The position numbers and the translations under genes are program-made. The notes below the pieces were generated by a model that did not search any database, was not told where the DNA came from, and was given only the letters and a program-made list of their open reading frames with translations. Positions 1 to 12,829 of a DNA stretch of 64,000 bases are shown in pieces (positions within the stretch are counted from its first letter, which is position 1; each line of letters starts with the position of its first letter). This DNA comes from Eledone cirrhosa (lineage: Eukaryota): assembly GCA_964016885.1 (NCBI GenBank), contig OZ024743.1, forward strand, positions 174,592,001-174,656,000, in the 5' to 3' direction.

Positions 1-3000
1 TGTACCTGTTATATAGGATGTATGTAGTCTTTGGTATACTGTACCTGTTACATAGGATGTAGGTAGTCTTTGATATACTGTACCTGTTATATAGGATGTA
101 GGTAGTCTTTGATATACTGTACCTATTATATAGGATGTAGGTAGTCTTTGATATACTGTACCTGTTACATAGGATGTAGGTAGTCTTTGATATACTGTAC
201 CTGTTATATAGGATGTAGGTAGTCTTTGATATACTGTACCTGTTACATAGGATGTAGGTAGTCTTTGATATACTGTACCTGTTACATAGGATGTAGGTAG
301 TCTTTGATATACTGTACCTGTTATATAGGATGTATGTAGTCTTTGGTATACTGTACCTGTTACATAGGATGTAGGTAGTCTTTGATATACTGTACCTGTT
401 ATATAGGATGTAGGTAGTCTTTGATATACTGTAACTATTATATAGGATGTAGGTAGTCTTTGATATACTGTACCTGCTATATAGGATGTAGGTAGTCTTT
501 GATATACTCTACCTGTTATATGAGATGTAGGAAGTCTTTGATATACTCTACCTGTTATATAGGATGTAGGTAGTCTTTGATATACTGTACCTGTTATATA
601 GGATGTAGGTAGTCTGTGATATACTGTACCTGTTATATAGGATGTACGTAGTCTTTGATATGCTGTACCTGTTATATGAGATGTAGGAAGTCTTTGATAT
701 ACTCTACCTGTTATATAGGATGTAGGTAGTCTTTGATATACTGTACCTGTTATATAGGATGTAGGTAGTCTTTGATATACTGTACCTGTTATATAGGATG
801 TAGGTAGTCTTTGATATACTGTACCTGTTATATAGGATGTATGTAGTCTTTGGTATACTGTACCTGTTACATAGGATGTAGGTAGTCTTTGATATACTGT
901 ACCTGTTATATAGGATGTAGGTAGTCTTTGATATACTGTACCTGTTATATAGGATGTAGGTAGTATTTGATATACTGTATCTGTTATATAGGATGTAGGT
1001 AGTCTTTGATATACTGTACCTGTTATATAGGATGTAGGTAGTCTTTGATATACTGTACATGTTAAATAGGATGTAGGTAGTCTTTGATATACTGTACCTG
1101 TTATATAGGATGTAGGTAGTCTTTGATATACTGTACCTGTTATATAGGATGTAGGTAGTCTTTGATATACTGTACCTGTTATATAGGATGTAGGTAATGT
1201 TTGATATACTGTACCTGTTATATAGGATGTAGGTAGTCTTTGATATACTGTACCTGTTATATATGATGTAGGTAGTCTTTGATATACTGTACCTGTTACA
1301 TAGGATGTAGGTAGTCTTTGATATACTGTACCTGTTATATAGGATGTATGTAGTCTTTGGTATACTGTACCTGTTACATAGGATGTAGGTAGTCTTTGAT
1401 ATACTGTACCTGTTATATAGGATGTAGGTAGTCTTTGATATACTGTACCTATTATATAGGATGTAGGTAGTCTTTGATATACTGTACCTGTTACATAGGA
1501 TGTAGGTAGTCTTTGATATACTGTACCTGTTATATAGGATGTAGGTAGTCTTTGATATACTGTACCTGTTACATAGGATGTAGGTAGTCTTTGATATACT
1601 GTACCTGTTACATAGGATGTAGGTAGTCTTTGATATACTGTACCTGTTATATAGGATGTATGTAGTCTTTGGTATACTGTACCTGTTACATAGGATGTAG
1701 GTAGTCTTTGATATACTGTACCTGTTATATAGGATGTAGGTAGTCTTTGATATACTGTAACTATTATATAGGATGTAGGTAGTCTTTGATATACTGTACC
1801 TGCTATATAGGATGTAGGTAGTCTTTGATATACTCTACCTGTTATATGAGATGTAGGAAGTCTTTGATATACTCTACCTGTTATATAGGATGTAGGTAGT
1901 CTTTGATATACTGTACCTGTTATATAGGATGTAGGTAGTCTGTGATATACTGTACCTGTTATATAGGATGTACGTAGTCTTTGATATGCTGTACCTGTTA
2001 TATGAGATGTAGGAAGTCTTTGATATACTCTACCTGTTATATAGGATGTAGGTAGTCTTTGATATACTGTACCTGTTATATAGGATGTAGGTAGTCTTTG
2101 ATATACTGTACCTGTTATATAGGATGTAGGTAGTCTTTGATATACTGTACCTGTTATATAGGATGTATGTAGTCTTTGGTATACTGTACCTGTTACATAG
2201 GATGTAGGTAGTCTTTGATATACTGTACCTGTTATATAGGATGTAGGTAGTCTTTGATATACTGTACCTGTTATATAGGATGTAGGTAGTATTTGATATA
2301 CTGTACCTGTTATATAGGATGTAGGTAGTCTTTGATATACTGTACCTGTTATATAGGATGTAGGTAGTCTTTGATATACTGTACATGTTAAATAGGATGT
2401 AGGTAGTCTTTGATATACTGTACCTGTTATATAGGATGTAGGTAGTCTTTGATATACTGTACCTGTTATATAGGATGTAGGTAGTCTTTGATATACTGTA
2501 CCTGTTATATAGGATGTAGGTAGTGTTTGATATACTGTACCTGTTATATAGGATGTAGGTAGTCTTTGATATACTGTACCTGTTATAAATGATGTAGGTA
2601 GTCTTTGATATACTGTACCTGTTACATAGGATGTAGGTAGTCTTTGATATACTGTACCTGTTATATAGGATGTATGTAGTCTTTGGTATACTGTACCTGT
2701 TACATAGGATGTAGGTAGTCTTTGATATAGTGTACCTGTTATATAGGATGTAGGTAGTCTTTGATATACTGTACCTATTATATAGGATGTAGGTAGTCTT
2801 TGATATACTGTACCTGTTACATAGGATGTAGGTAGTCTTTGATATACTGTACCTGTTATATAGGATGTAGGTAGTCTTTGATATACTGTACCTGTTACAT
2901 AGGATGTAGGTAGTCTTTGATATACTGTACCTGTTATATAGGATGTAGGTAGTCTTTGATATACTGTACCTGTTATATAGGATGTAGGTAGTCTTTGATA

Positions 3001-5500
3001 TACTGTACCTGTTATATAGGATGTAGGTAGTCTTTGATATACTGTACCTGTTATATAGGATGTAGGAAGTCTTTGATATACTTTACCTGTTATATAGGAT
3101 GTAGGTAGTCTTTGATATACTGTACCTGTTATATAGGATGTAGGTAGTCTTTGATATACTGTACCTGTTATATAGGATGTAGGTAGTCTTTGATATACTG
3201 TACCTGTTATATAGGATGTACGTAGTCTTTGATATACTGTACCTGTTATATGAGATGTAGGAAGTCTTTGATATACTGTACCTGTTATATAGGATGTAGG
3301 TAGTCTTTGATATACTGTACCTGTTATATGAGATGTAGGAAGTTTTTGATATACTGTACCTGTTATATAGGATGTAGGTAGTCTTTGATATACTGTACCT
3401 GTTATATAGGATGTAGGTAGTCTTTGATATACTGTACCTGTTAAATAGGATGTAGGTAGTCTTTGATATACTGTACCTGTTATATAGGATGTAGGTAGTC
3501 TTTGATATACTGTACCTGTTACATAGGATGTAGGTAGTCTTTGATATACTGTACCTGTTATATAGGATGTATGTAGTCTTTGGTATACTGTACCTGTTAC
3601 ATAGGATGTAGGTAGTCTTTGATATACTGTACCTGTTATATAGGATGTAGGTAGTCTTTGATATACTGTACCTGTTATATAGGATGTAGGTAGTATTTGA
3701 TATACTGTATCTGTTATATAGGATGTAGGTAGTCTTTGATATACTGTACCTGTTATATAGGATGTAGGTAGTCTTTGATATACTGTACATGTTAAATAGG
3801 ATGTAGGTAGTCTTTGATATACTGTACCTGTTATATAGGATGTAGGTAGTCTTTGATATACTGTACCTGTTATATAGGATGTAGGTAGTCTTTGATATAC
3901 TGTACCTGTTATATAGGATGTAGGTAATGTTTGATATACTGTACCTGTTATATAGGATGTAGGTAGTCTTTGATATACTGTACCTGTTATATATGATGTA
4001 GGTAGTCTTTGATATACTGTACCTGTTACATAGGATGTAGGTAGTCTTTGATATACTGTACCTGTTATATAGGATGTATGTAGTCTTTGGTATACTGTAC
4101 CTGTTACATAGGATGTAGGTAGTCTTTGATATACTGTACCTGTTATATAGGATGTAGGTAGTCTTTGATATACTGTACCTATTATATAGGATGTAGGTAG
4201 TCTTTGATATACTGTACCTGTTACATAGGATGTAGGTAGTCTTTGATATACTGTACCTGTTATATAGGATGTAGGTAGTCTTTGATATACTGTACCTGTT
4301 ACATAGGATGTAGGTAGTCTTTGATATACTGTACCTGTTACATAGGATGTAGGTAGTCTTTGATATACTGTACCTGTTATATAGGATGTATGTAGTCTTT
4401 GGTATACTGTACCTGTTACATAGGATGTAGGTAGTCTTTGATATACTGTACCTGTTATATAGGATGTAGGTAGTCTTTGATATACTGTAACTATTATATA
4501 GGATGTAGGTAGTCTTTGATATACTGTACCTGCTATATAGGATGTAGGTAGTCTTTGATATACTCTACCTGTTATATGAGATGTAGGAAGTCTTTGATAT
4601 ACTCTACCTGTTATATAGGATGTAGGTAGTCTTTGATATACTGTACCTGTTATATAGGATGTAGGTAATCTGTGATATACTGTACCTGTTATATAGGATG
4701 TACGTAGTCTTTGATATGCTGTACCTGTTATATGAGATGTAGGAAGTCTTTGATATACTCTACCTGTTATATAGGATGTAGGTAGTCTTTGATATACTGT
4801 ACCTGTTATATAGGATGTAGGTAGTCTTTGATATACTGTACCTGTTATATAGGATGTAGGTAGTCTTTGATATACTGTACCTGTTATATAGGATGTATGT
4901 AGTCTTTGGTATACTGTACCTGTTACATAGGATGTAGGTAGTCTTTGATATACTGTACCTGTTATATAGGATGTAGGTAGTCTTTGATATACTGTACCTG
5001 TTATATAGGATGTAGGTAGTATTTGATATACTGTACCTGTTATATAGGATGTAGGTAGTCTTTGATATACTGTACCTGTTATATAGGATGTAGGTAGTCT
5101 TTGATATACTGTACATGTTAAATAGGATGTAGGTAGTCTTTGATATACTGTACCTGTTATATAGGATGTAGGTAGTCTTTGATATACTGTACCTGTTATA
5201 TAGGATGTAGGTAGTCTTTGATATACTGTACCTGTTATATAGGATGTAGGTAGTGTTTGATATACTGTACCTGTTATATAGGATGTAGGTAGTCTTTGAT
5301 ATACTGTACCTGTTATAAATGATGTAGGTAGTCTTTGATATACTGTACCTGTTACATAGGATGTAGGTAGTCTTTGATATACTGTACCTGTTATATAGGA
5401 TGTATGTAGTCTTTGGTATACTGTACCTGTTACATAGGATGTAGGTAGTCTTTGATATACTGTACCTGTTATATAGGATGTAGGTAGTCTTTGATATACT
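1..5500. repeat. Higher-order repeats: 34-monomer (1326 bp) and 70-monomer (34+36, 2730 bp) periods
   Basis: The G2C cluster (CTCTACC) falls at 704, 2030 (+1326) and 4760 (+2730). The C6A/T12A unit (TGTACATGTTAAA) falls at ~1060, 2386, 3790 and 5116, alternating 1326 and 1404 bp. Confidence 0.9.
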
Positions 5501-5649
5501 GTACCTATTATATAGGATGTAGGTAGTATTTGATATACTGTACCTGTTACATAGGATGTAGGTAGTCTTTGATATACTGTACCTGTTATATAGGATGTAG
5601 GCAGTCTTTGATATACTGTACCTGTTACATAGGATGTAGGTAGTCTTTG

Positions 5650-7960
5650 ATATACTGTACCTGTTATATAGGATGTATGTAGTCTTTGGTATACTGTACC
5701 TGTTACATAGGATGTAGGTAGTCTTTGATATACTGTACCTGTTATATAGGATGTAGGTAGTCTTTGATATACTGTAACTATTATATAGGATGTAGGTAGT
5801 CTTTGATATACTGTACCTGTTATATAGGATGTAGGTAGTCTTTGATATACTGTACCTGTTACATAGGATGTAGGTAGTCTTTGATATACTGTACCTGTTA
5901 TATAGGATGTATGTAGTCTTTGGTATACTGTACCTGTTACATAGGATGTAGGCAGTCTTTGATATACTGTACCTGTTATATAGGATGTAGGTAGTCTTTG
6001 ATATACTGTACCTGTTATATAGGATGTAGGTAGTCTTTGATATACTGTACCTGTTATATAGGATGTAGGTAGTCTTTGATATACTGTACCTGTTATATAG
6101 GATGTAGGTAGTCTTTGATATACTGTACATGTTAAATAGGATGTAGGTAGTCTTTGATATACTGTACCTGTTATATAGGATGTAGGTAGTCTTTGATATA
6201 CTGTACCTGTTACATAGGATGTAGGTAGTCTTTGATATACTGTACCTGTTATATAGGATGTATGTAGTCTTTGGTATACTGTACCTGTTACATAGGATGT
6301 AGGCAGTCTTTGATATACTGTACCTGTTATATAGGATGTAGGTAGTCTTTGATATACTGTACCTGTTATATAGGATGTAGGTAGTCTTTGATATACTGTA
6401 CCTGTTATATAGGATGTAGGTAGTCTTTGATATACTGTACCTGTTATATAGGATGTAGGTAGTCTTTGATATACTGTACATGTTAAATAGGATGTAGGTA
6501 GTCTTTGATATACTGTACCTGTTATATAGGATGTAGGTAGTCTTTGATATACTGTACCTGTTATATAGGATGTAGGTAGTCTTTGATATACTGTACCTGT
6601 TATATAGGATGTAGGTAGTCTTTGATATACTGTACCTGTTATATAGGATGTAGGTAGTCTTTGATATACTGTACCTGTTATATAGGATGTAGGTAGTCTT
6701 TGATATACTGTACCTGTTATATAGGATGTAGGTAGTCTTTGAAATACTGTACCTATTATATGAGATGTAGGAAGTTTTTGATATACTGTACCTGTTATAT
6801 AGGATGTAGGTAGTCTTTGATATACTGTACCTGTTATATAGGATGTATGTAGTCTTTGGTATACTGTACCTGTTACATAGGATGTAGGTAGTCTTTGATA
6901 TACTGTACCTGTTATATAGGATGTAGGTAGTCTTTGATATACTGTAACTATTATATAGGATGTAGGTAGTCTTTGATATACTGTACCTGTTATATAGGAT
7001 GTAGGTAGTCTTTGATATACTGTACCTGTTACATAGGATGTAGGTAGTCTTTGATATACTGTACCTGTTATATAGGATGTATGTAGTCTTTGGTATACTG
7101 TACCTGTTACATAGGATGTAGGCAGTCTTTGATATACTGTACCTGTTATATAGGATGTAGGTAGTCTTTGATATACTGTACCTGTTATATAGGATGTAGG
7201 TAGTCTTTGATATACTGTACCTGTTATATAGGATGTAGGTAGTCTTTGATATACTGTACCTGTTATATAGGATGTAGGTAGTCTTTGATATACTGTACAT
7301 GTTAAATAGGATGTAGGTAGTCTTTGATATACTGTACCTGTTATATAGGATGTAGGTAGTCTTTGATATACTGTACCTGTTACATAGGATGTAGGTAGTC
7401 TTTGATATACTGTACCTGTTATATAGGATGTATGTAGTCTTTGGTATACTGTACCTGTTACATAGGATGTAGGCAGTCTTTGATATACTGTACCTGTTAT
7501 ATAGGATGTAGGTAGTCTTTGATATACTGTACCTGTTATATAGGATGTAGGTAGTCTTTGATATACTGTACCTGTTATATAGGATGTAGGTAGTCTTTGA
7601 TATACTGTACCTGTTATATAGGATGTAGGTAGTCTTTGATATACTGTACATGTTAAATAGGATGTAGGTAGTCTTTGATATACTGTACCTGTTATATAGG
7701 ATGTAGGTAGTCTTTGATATACTGTACCTGTTATATAGGATGTAGGTAGTCTTTGATATACTGTACCTGTTATATAGGATGTAGGTAGTCTTTGATATAC
7801 TGTACCTGTTATATAGGATGTAGGTAGTCTTTGATATACTGTACCTGTTATATAGGATGTAGGTAGTCTTTGATATACTGTACCTGTTATATAGGATGTA
7901 GGTAGTCTTTGAAATACTGTACCTATTATATGAGATGTAGGAAGTTTTTGATATACTGTA
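5650..7960. repeat. 30-monomer (1170 bp) repeat x2, each copy containing a 9-monomer (351 bp) duplication
   Basis: T25C (TAGGCAG) occurs at 5953, 6304, 7123 and 7474, giving spacings of 351, 819 and 351 bp and a period of 1170 bp. Confidence 0.88.
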
Positions 7961-8830
7961 CCTGTTATATAGGATGTAGGTAGTCTTTGATATACTGTAC
8001 CTGTTATATAGGATGTAGGTAGTCTTTGATATACTGTACCTGTTAAATAGGATGTAGGTAGTCTTTGATATACTGTACCTGTTATATAGGATGTAAGAAG
8101 TCTTTGATATACTTTACCTGTTATATAGGATGTAGGTAGTCTTTGATATACTGTACCTGTTATATAGGATGTAGGTAGTCTGTGATATACTGTACCTGTT
8201 ATATAGGATGTAGGTAGTCTTTGATATACTGTACCTGTTATATAGGATGTAGGTAGTCTTTGATATACTGTACCTGTTATATAGGATGTAGGTAGTCTTT
8301 GATATACTGTACCTGTTATATAGGATGTAGGTAGTCTTTGATATACTGTACCTGTTATATAGGATGTAGGTAGTCTTTGATATACTGTACCTGTTATATA
8401 GGATGTAGGTAGTCTTTGAAATACTGTACCTATTATATGAGATGTAGGAAGTTTTTGATATACTGTACCTGTTATATAGGATGTAGGTAGTCTTTGATAT
8501 ACTGTACCTGTTATATAGGATGTAGGTAATCTTTGATATACTGTACCTGTTAAATAGGATGTAGGTAGTCTTTGATATACTGTACCTGTTATATAGGATG
8601 TAGGAAGTCTTTGATATACTTTACCTGTTATATAGGATGTAGGTAGTCTTTGATATACTGTACCTGTTATATAGGATGTAGGTAGTCTGTGATATACTGT
8701 ACCTGTTATATAGGATGTAGGTAGTCTTTGATATACTGTACCTGTTATATAGGATGTAGGTAGTCTTTGATATACTGTACCTGTTATATAGGATGTAGGT
8801 AGTCTTTGATATACTGTACCTGTTATATAG
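7700..8830. repeat. 13-monomer (507 bp) tandem duplication
   Basis: G2T (ACTTTACC) at 8114 and 8621. The T35A/G8A/GAGATGTAGGAAGTTTTTG block and the TCTGTG variant repeat with the same 507-bp offset. Confidence 0.85.
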
Positions 8831-11800
8831 GATGTAGGTAGTCTTTGATATACTGTACCTGCTATATAGGATGTAGGTAGTCTTTGATATACTGTACCTG
8901 TTATATAGGATGTAGGTAGTCTTTGATATACTGTACCTGTTATATAGGATGTAGGTAGTCTTTGATATACTGTACCTGTTATATAGGATGTAGGTAGTCT
9001 TTGATATACTGTACCTGTTATATAGGATGTAGGTAGTCTTTGATATACTGTACCTGTTATATAGGATGTACGTAGTCTTTGATATACTGTACCTGTTATA
9101 TGAGATGTAGGAAGTCTTTGATATACTGTACCTGTTATATAGGATGTAGGTAGCCTTTGATATACTGTACCTGTTATATGAGATGTAGGAAGTTTTTGAT
9201 ATACTGTACCTGTTATATAGGATGTAGGTAGTCTTTGATATACTGTACCTGTTATATAGGATGTAGGTAGTCTTTGATATACTGTACCTGTTAAATAGGA
9301 TGTAGGTAGTCTTTGATATACTGTACCTGTTATATAGGATGTAGGTAGTCTTTGATATACTGTACCTGTTACATAGGATGTAGGTAGTCTTTGATATACT
9401 GTACCTGTTATATAGGATGTATGTAGTCTTTGGTATACTGTACCTGTTACATAGGATGTAGGTAGTCTTTGATATACTGTACCTGTTATATAGGATGTAG
9501 GTAGTCCTTGATATACTGTACCTGTTATATAGGATGTAGGTAGTATTTGATATACTGTATCTGTTATATAGGATGTAGGTAGTCTTTGATATACTGTACC
9601 TGTTATATAGGATGTAGGTAGTCTTTGATATACTGTACATGTTAAATAGGATGTAGGTAGTCTTTGATATACTGTACCTGTTATATAGGATGTAGGTAGT
9701 CTTTGATATACTGTACCTGTTATATAGGATGTAGGTAGTCTTTGATATACTGTACCTGTTATATAGGATGTAGGTAATGTTTGATATACTGTACCTGTTA
9801 TATAGGATGTAGGTAGTCTTTGATATACTGTACCTGTTATATATGATGTAGGTAGTCTTTGATATACTGTACCTGTTACATAGGATGTAGGTAGTCTTTG
9901 ATATACTGTACCTGTTATATAGGATGTATGTAGTCTTTGGTATACTGTACCTGTTACATAGGATGTAGGTAGTCTTTGATATACTGTACCTGTTATATAG
10001 GATGTAGGTAGTCTTTGATATACTGTACCTATTATATAGGATGTAGGTAGTCTTTGATATACTGTACCTGTTACATAGGATGTAGGTAGTCTTTGATATA
10101 CTGTACCTGTTATATAGGATGTAGGTAGTCTTTGATATACTGTACCTGTTACATAGGATGTAGGTAGTCTTTGATATACTGTACCTGTTACATAGGATGT
10201 AGGTAGTCTTTGATATACTGTACCTGTTATATAGGATGTATGTAGTCTTTGGTATACTGTACCTGTTACATAGGATGTAGGTAGTCTTTGATATACTGTA
10301 CCTGTTATATAGGATGTAGGTAGTCTTTGATATACTGTAACTATTATATAGGATGTAGGTAGTCTTTGATATACTGTACCTGCTATATAGGATGTAGGTA
10401 GTCTTTGATATACTCTACCTGTTATATGAGATGTAGGAAGTCTTTGATATACTCTACCTGTTATATAGGATGTAGGTAGTCTTTGATATACTGTACCTGT
10501 TATATAGGATGTAGGTAGTCTGTGATATACTGTACCTGTTATATAGGATGTACGTAGTCTTTGATATGCTGTACCTGTTATATGAGATGTAGGAAGTCTT
10601 TGATATACTCTACCTGTTATATAGGATGTAGGTAGTCTTTGATATACTGTACCTGTTATATAGGATGTAGGTAGTCTTTGATATACTGTACCTGTTATAT
10701 AGGATGTAGGTAGTCTTTGATATACTGTACCTGTTATATAGGATGTATGTAGTCTTTGGTATACTGTACCTGTTACATAGGATGTAGGTAGTCTTTGATA
10801 TACTGTACCTGTTATATAGGATGTAGGTAGTCTTTGATATACTGTACCTGTTATATAGGATGTAGGTAGTATTTGATATACTGTACCTGTTATATAGGAT
10901 GTAGGTAGTCTTTGATATACTGTACCTGTTATATAGGATGTAGGTAGTCTTTGATATACTGTACATGTTAAATAGGATGTAGGTAGTCTTTGATATACTG
11001 TACCTGTTATATAGGATGTAGGTAGTCTTTGATATACTGTACCTGTTATATAGGATGTAGGTAGTCTTTGATATACTGTACCTGTTATATAGGATGTAGG
11101 TAGTGTTTGATATACTGTACCTGTTATATAGGATGTAGGTAGTCTTTGATATACTGTACCTGTTATAAATGATGTAGGTAGTCTTTGATATACTGTACCT
11201 GTTACATAGGATGTAGGTAGTCTTTGATATACTGTACCTGTTATATAGGATGTATGTAGTCTTTGGTATACTGTACCTGTTACATAGGATGTAGGTAGTC
11301 TTTGATATACTGTACCTGTTATATAGGATGTAGGTAGTCTTTGATATACTGTACCTATTATATAGGATGTAGGTAGTCTTTGATATACTGTACCTGTTAC
11401 ATAGGATGTAGGTAGTCTTTGATATACTGTACCTGTTATATAGGATGTAGGTAGTCTTTGATATACTGTACCTGTTACATAGGATGTAGGTAGTCTTTGA
11501 TATACTGTACCTGTTATATAGGATGTAGGTAGTCTTTGATATACTGTACCTGTTATATAGGATGTAGGTAGTCTTTGATATACTGTACCTGTTATATAGG
11601 ATGTAGGTAGTCTTTGATATACTGTACCTGTTATATAGGATGTAGGAAGTCTTTGATATACTTTACCTGTTATATAGGATGTAGGTAGTCTTTGATATAC
11701 TGTACCTGTTATATAGGATGTAGGTAGTCTTTGATATACTGTACCTGTTATATAGGATGTAGGTAGTCTTTGATATACTGTACCTGTTATATAGGATGTA

Positions 11801-12829
11801 CGTAGTCTTTGATATACTGTACCTGTTATATGAGATGTAGGAAGTCTTTGATATACTGTACCTGTTATATAGGATGTAGGTAGTCTTTGATATACTGTAC
11901 CTGTTATATGAGATGTAGGAAGTTTTTGATATACTGTACCTGTTATATAGGATGTAGGTAGTCTTTGATATACTGTACCTGTTATATAGGATGTAGGTAG
12001 TCTTTGATATACTGTACCTGTTAAATAGGATGTAGGTAGTCTTTGATATACTGTACCTGTTATATAGGATGTAGGTAGTCTTTGATATACTGTACCTGTT
12101 ACATAGGATGTAGGTAGTCTTTGATATACTGTACCTGTTATATAGGATGTATGTAGTCTTTGGTATACTGTACCTGTTACATAGGATGTAGGTAGTCTTT
12201 GATATACTGTACCTGTTATATAGGATGTAGGTAGTCTTTGATATACTGTACATGTTAAATAGGATGTAAGTAGTCGTTGATATACTGTAGCTGTTATATA
12301 GGATGTAGGTAGTCTTTGATATACTGTACCTGTTATATAGGATGTAGGTAGTCTTTGATATACTGTACCTGTTATATAGGATGTAGGTAGTCTTTGATAT
12401 ACTGTACCTGTTATATAGGATGTAGGTAGTCTTTGATATACTGTACCTGTTATATAGGATGTAGGTAGTCTTTGAAATACTGTACCTATTATATGAGATG
12501 TAGGAAGTCTTTGATATACTGTACCTGTTATATAGGATGTAGGTAGTCTTTGATATACTGTACCTGTTATATAGGATGTAGGTAGTCTTTGATATACTGT
12601 ACATGTTAAATAGGATGTAGGTAGTCCTTGATATACTGTACCTGTTATATAGGATGTAGGTAGTCTTTGATATACTGTACCTGTTATATAGGATGTAGGT
12701 AGTCTTTGATATACTGTACTTGTTGTATAGGATCTAGGTAGTGTTTGATATACTGTACCTGTTATATAGGATGTAGGTAGTCTTTGATATACTGTACCTG
12801 TTATATATGATGTAGGTAGTCTTTGATAT

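Noticed and set aside
1-39. Hairpins within the monomer (CCTGT-TAT-ATAGG; TACCT/AGGTA) as terminator or structured RNA
   Set aside because: Stems are 5 bp or shorter, one with a G-T pair. G8A and T14C would strengthen one stem, but common variants (AG>GA, C6A, G16T) break it, so there is no consistent covariation.
1-39. TATA-like TTATATAG as a promoter
   Set aside because: It is expected in an AT-rich monomer, is repeated ~1,600 times and has no associated gene.
1-39. Monomer derived from 3x13-bp or 18+21-bp subrepeats (TGTAC/TGTAG, TGTTATA/TGATATA)
   Set aside because: The similarity is limited to short AT-rich words and cannot be distinguished from chance by eye.
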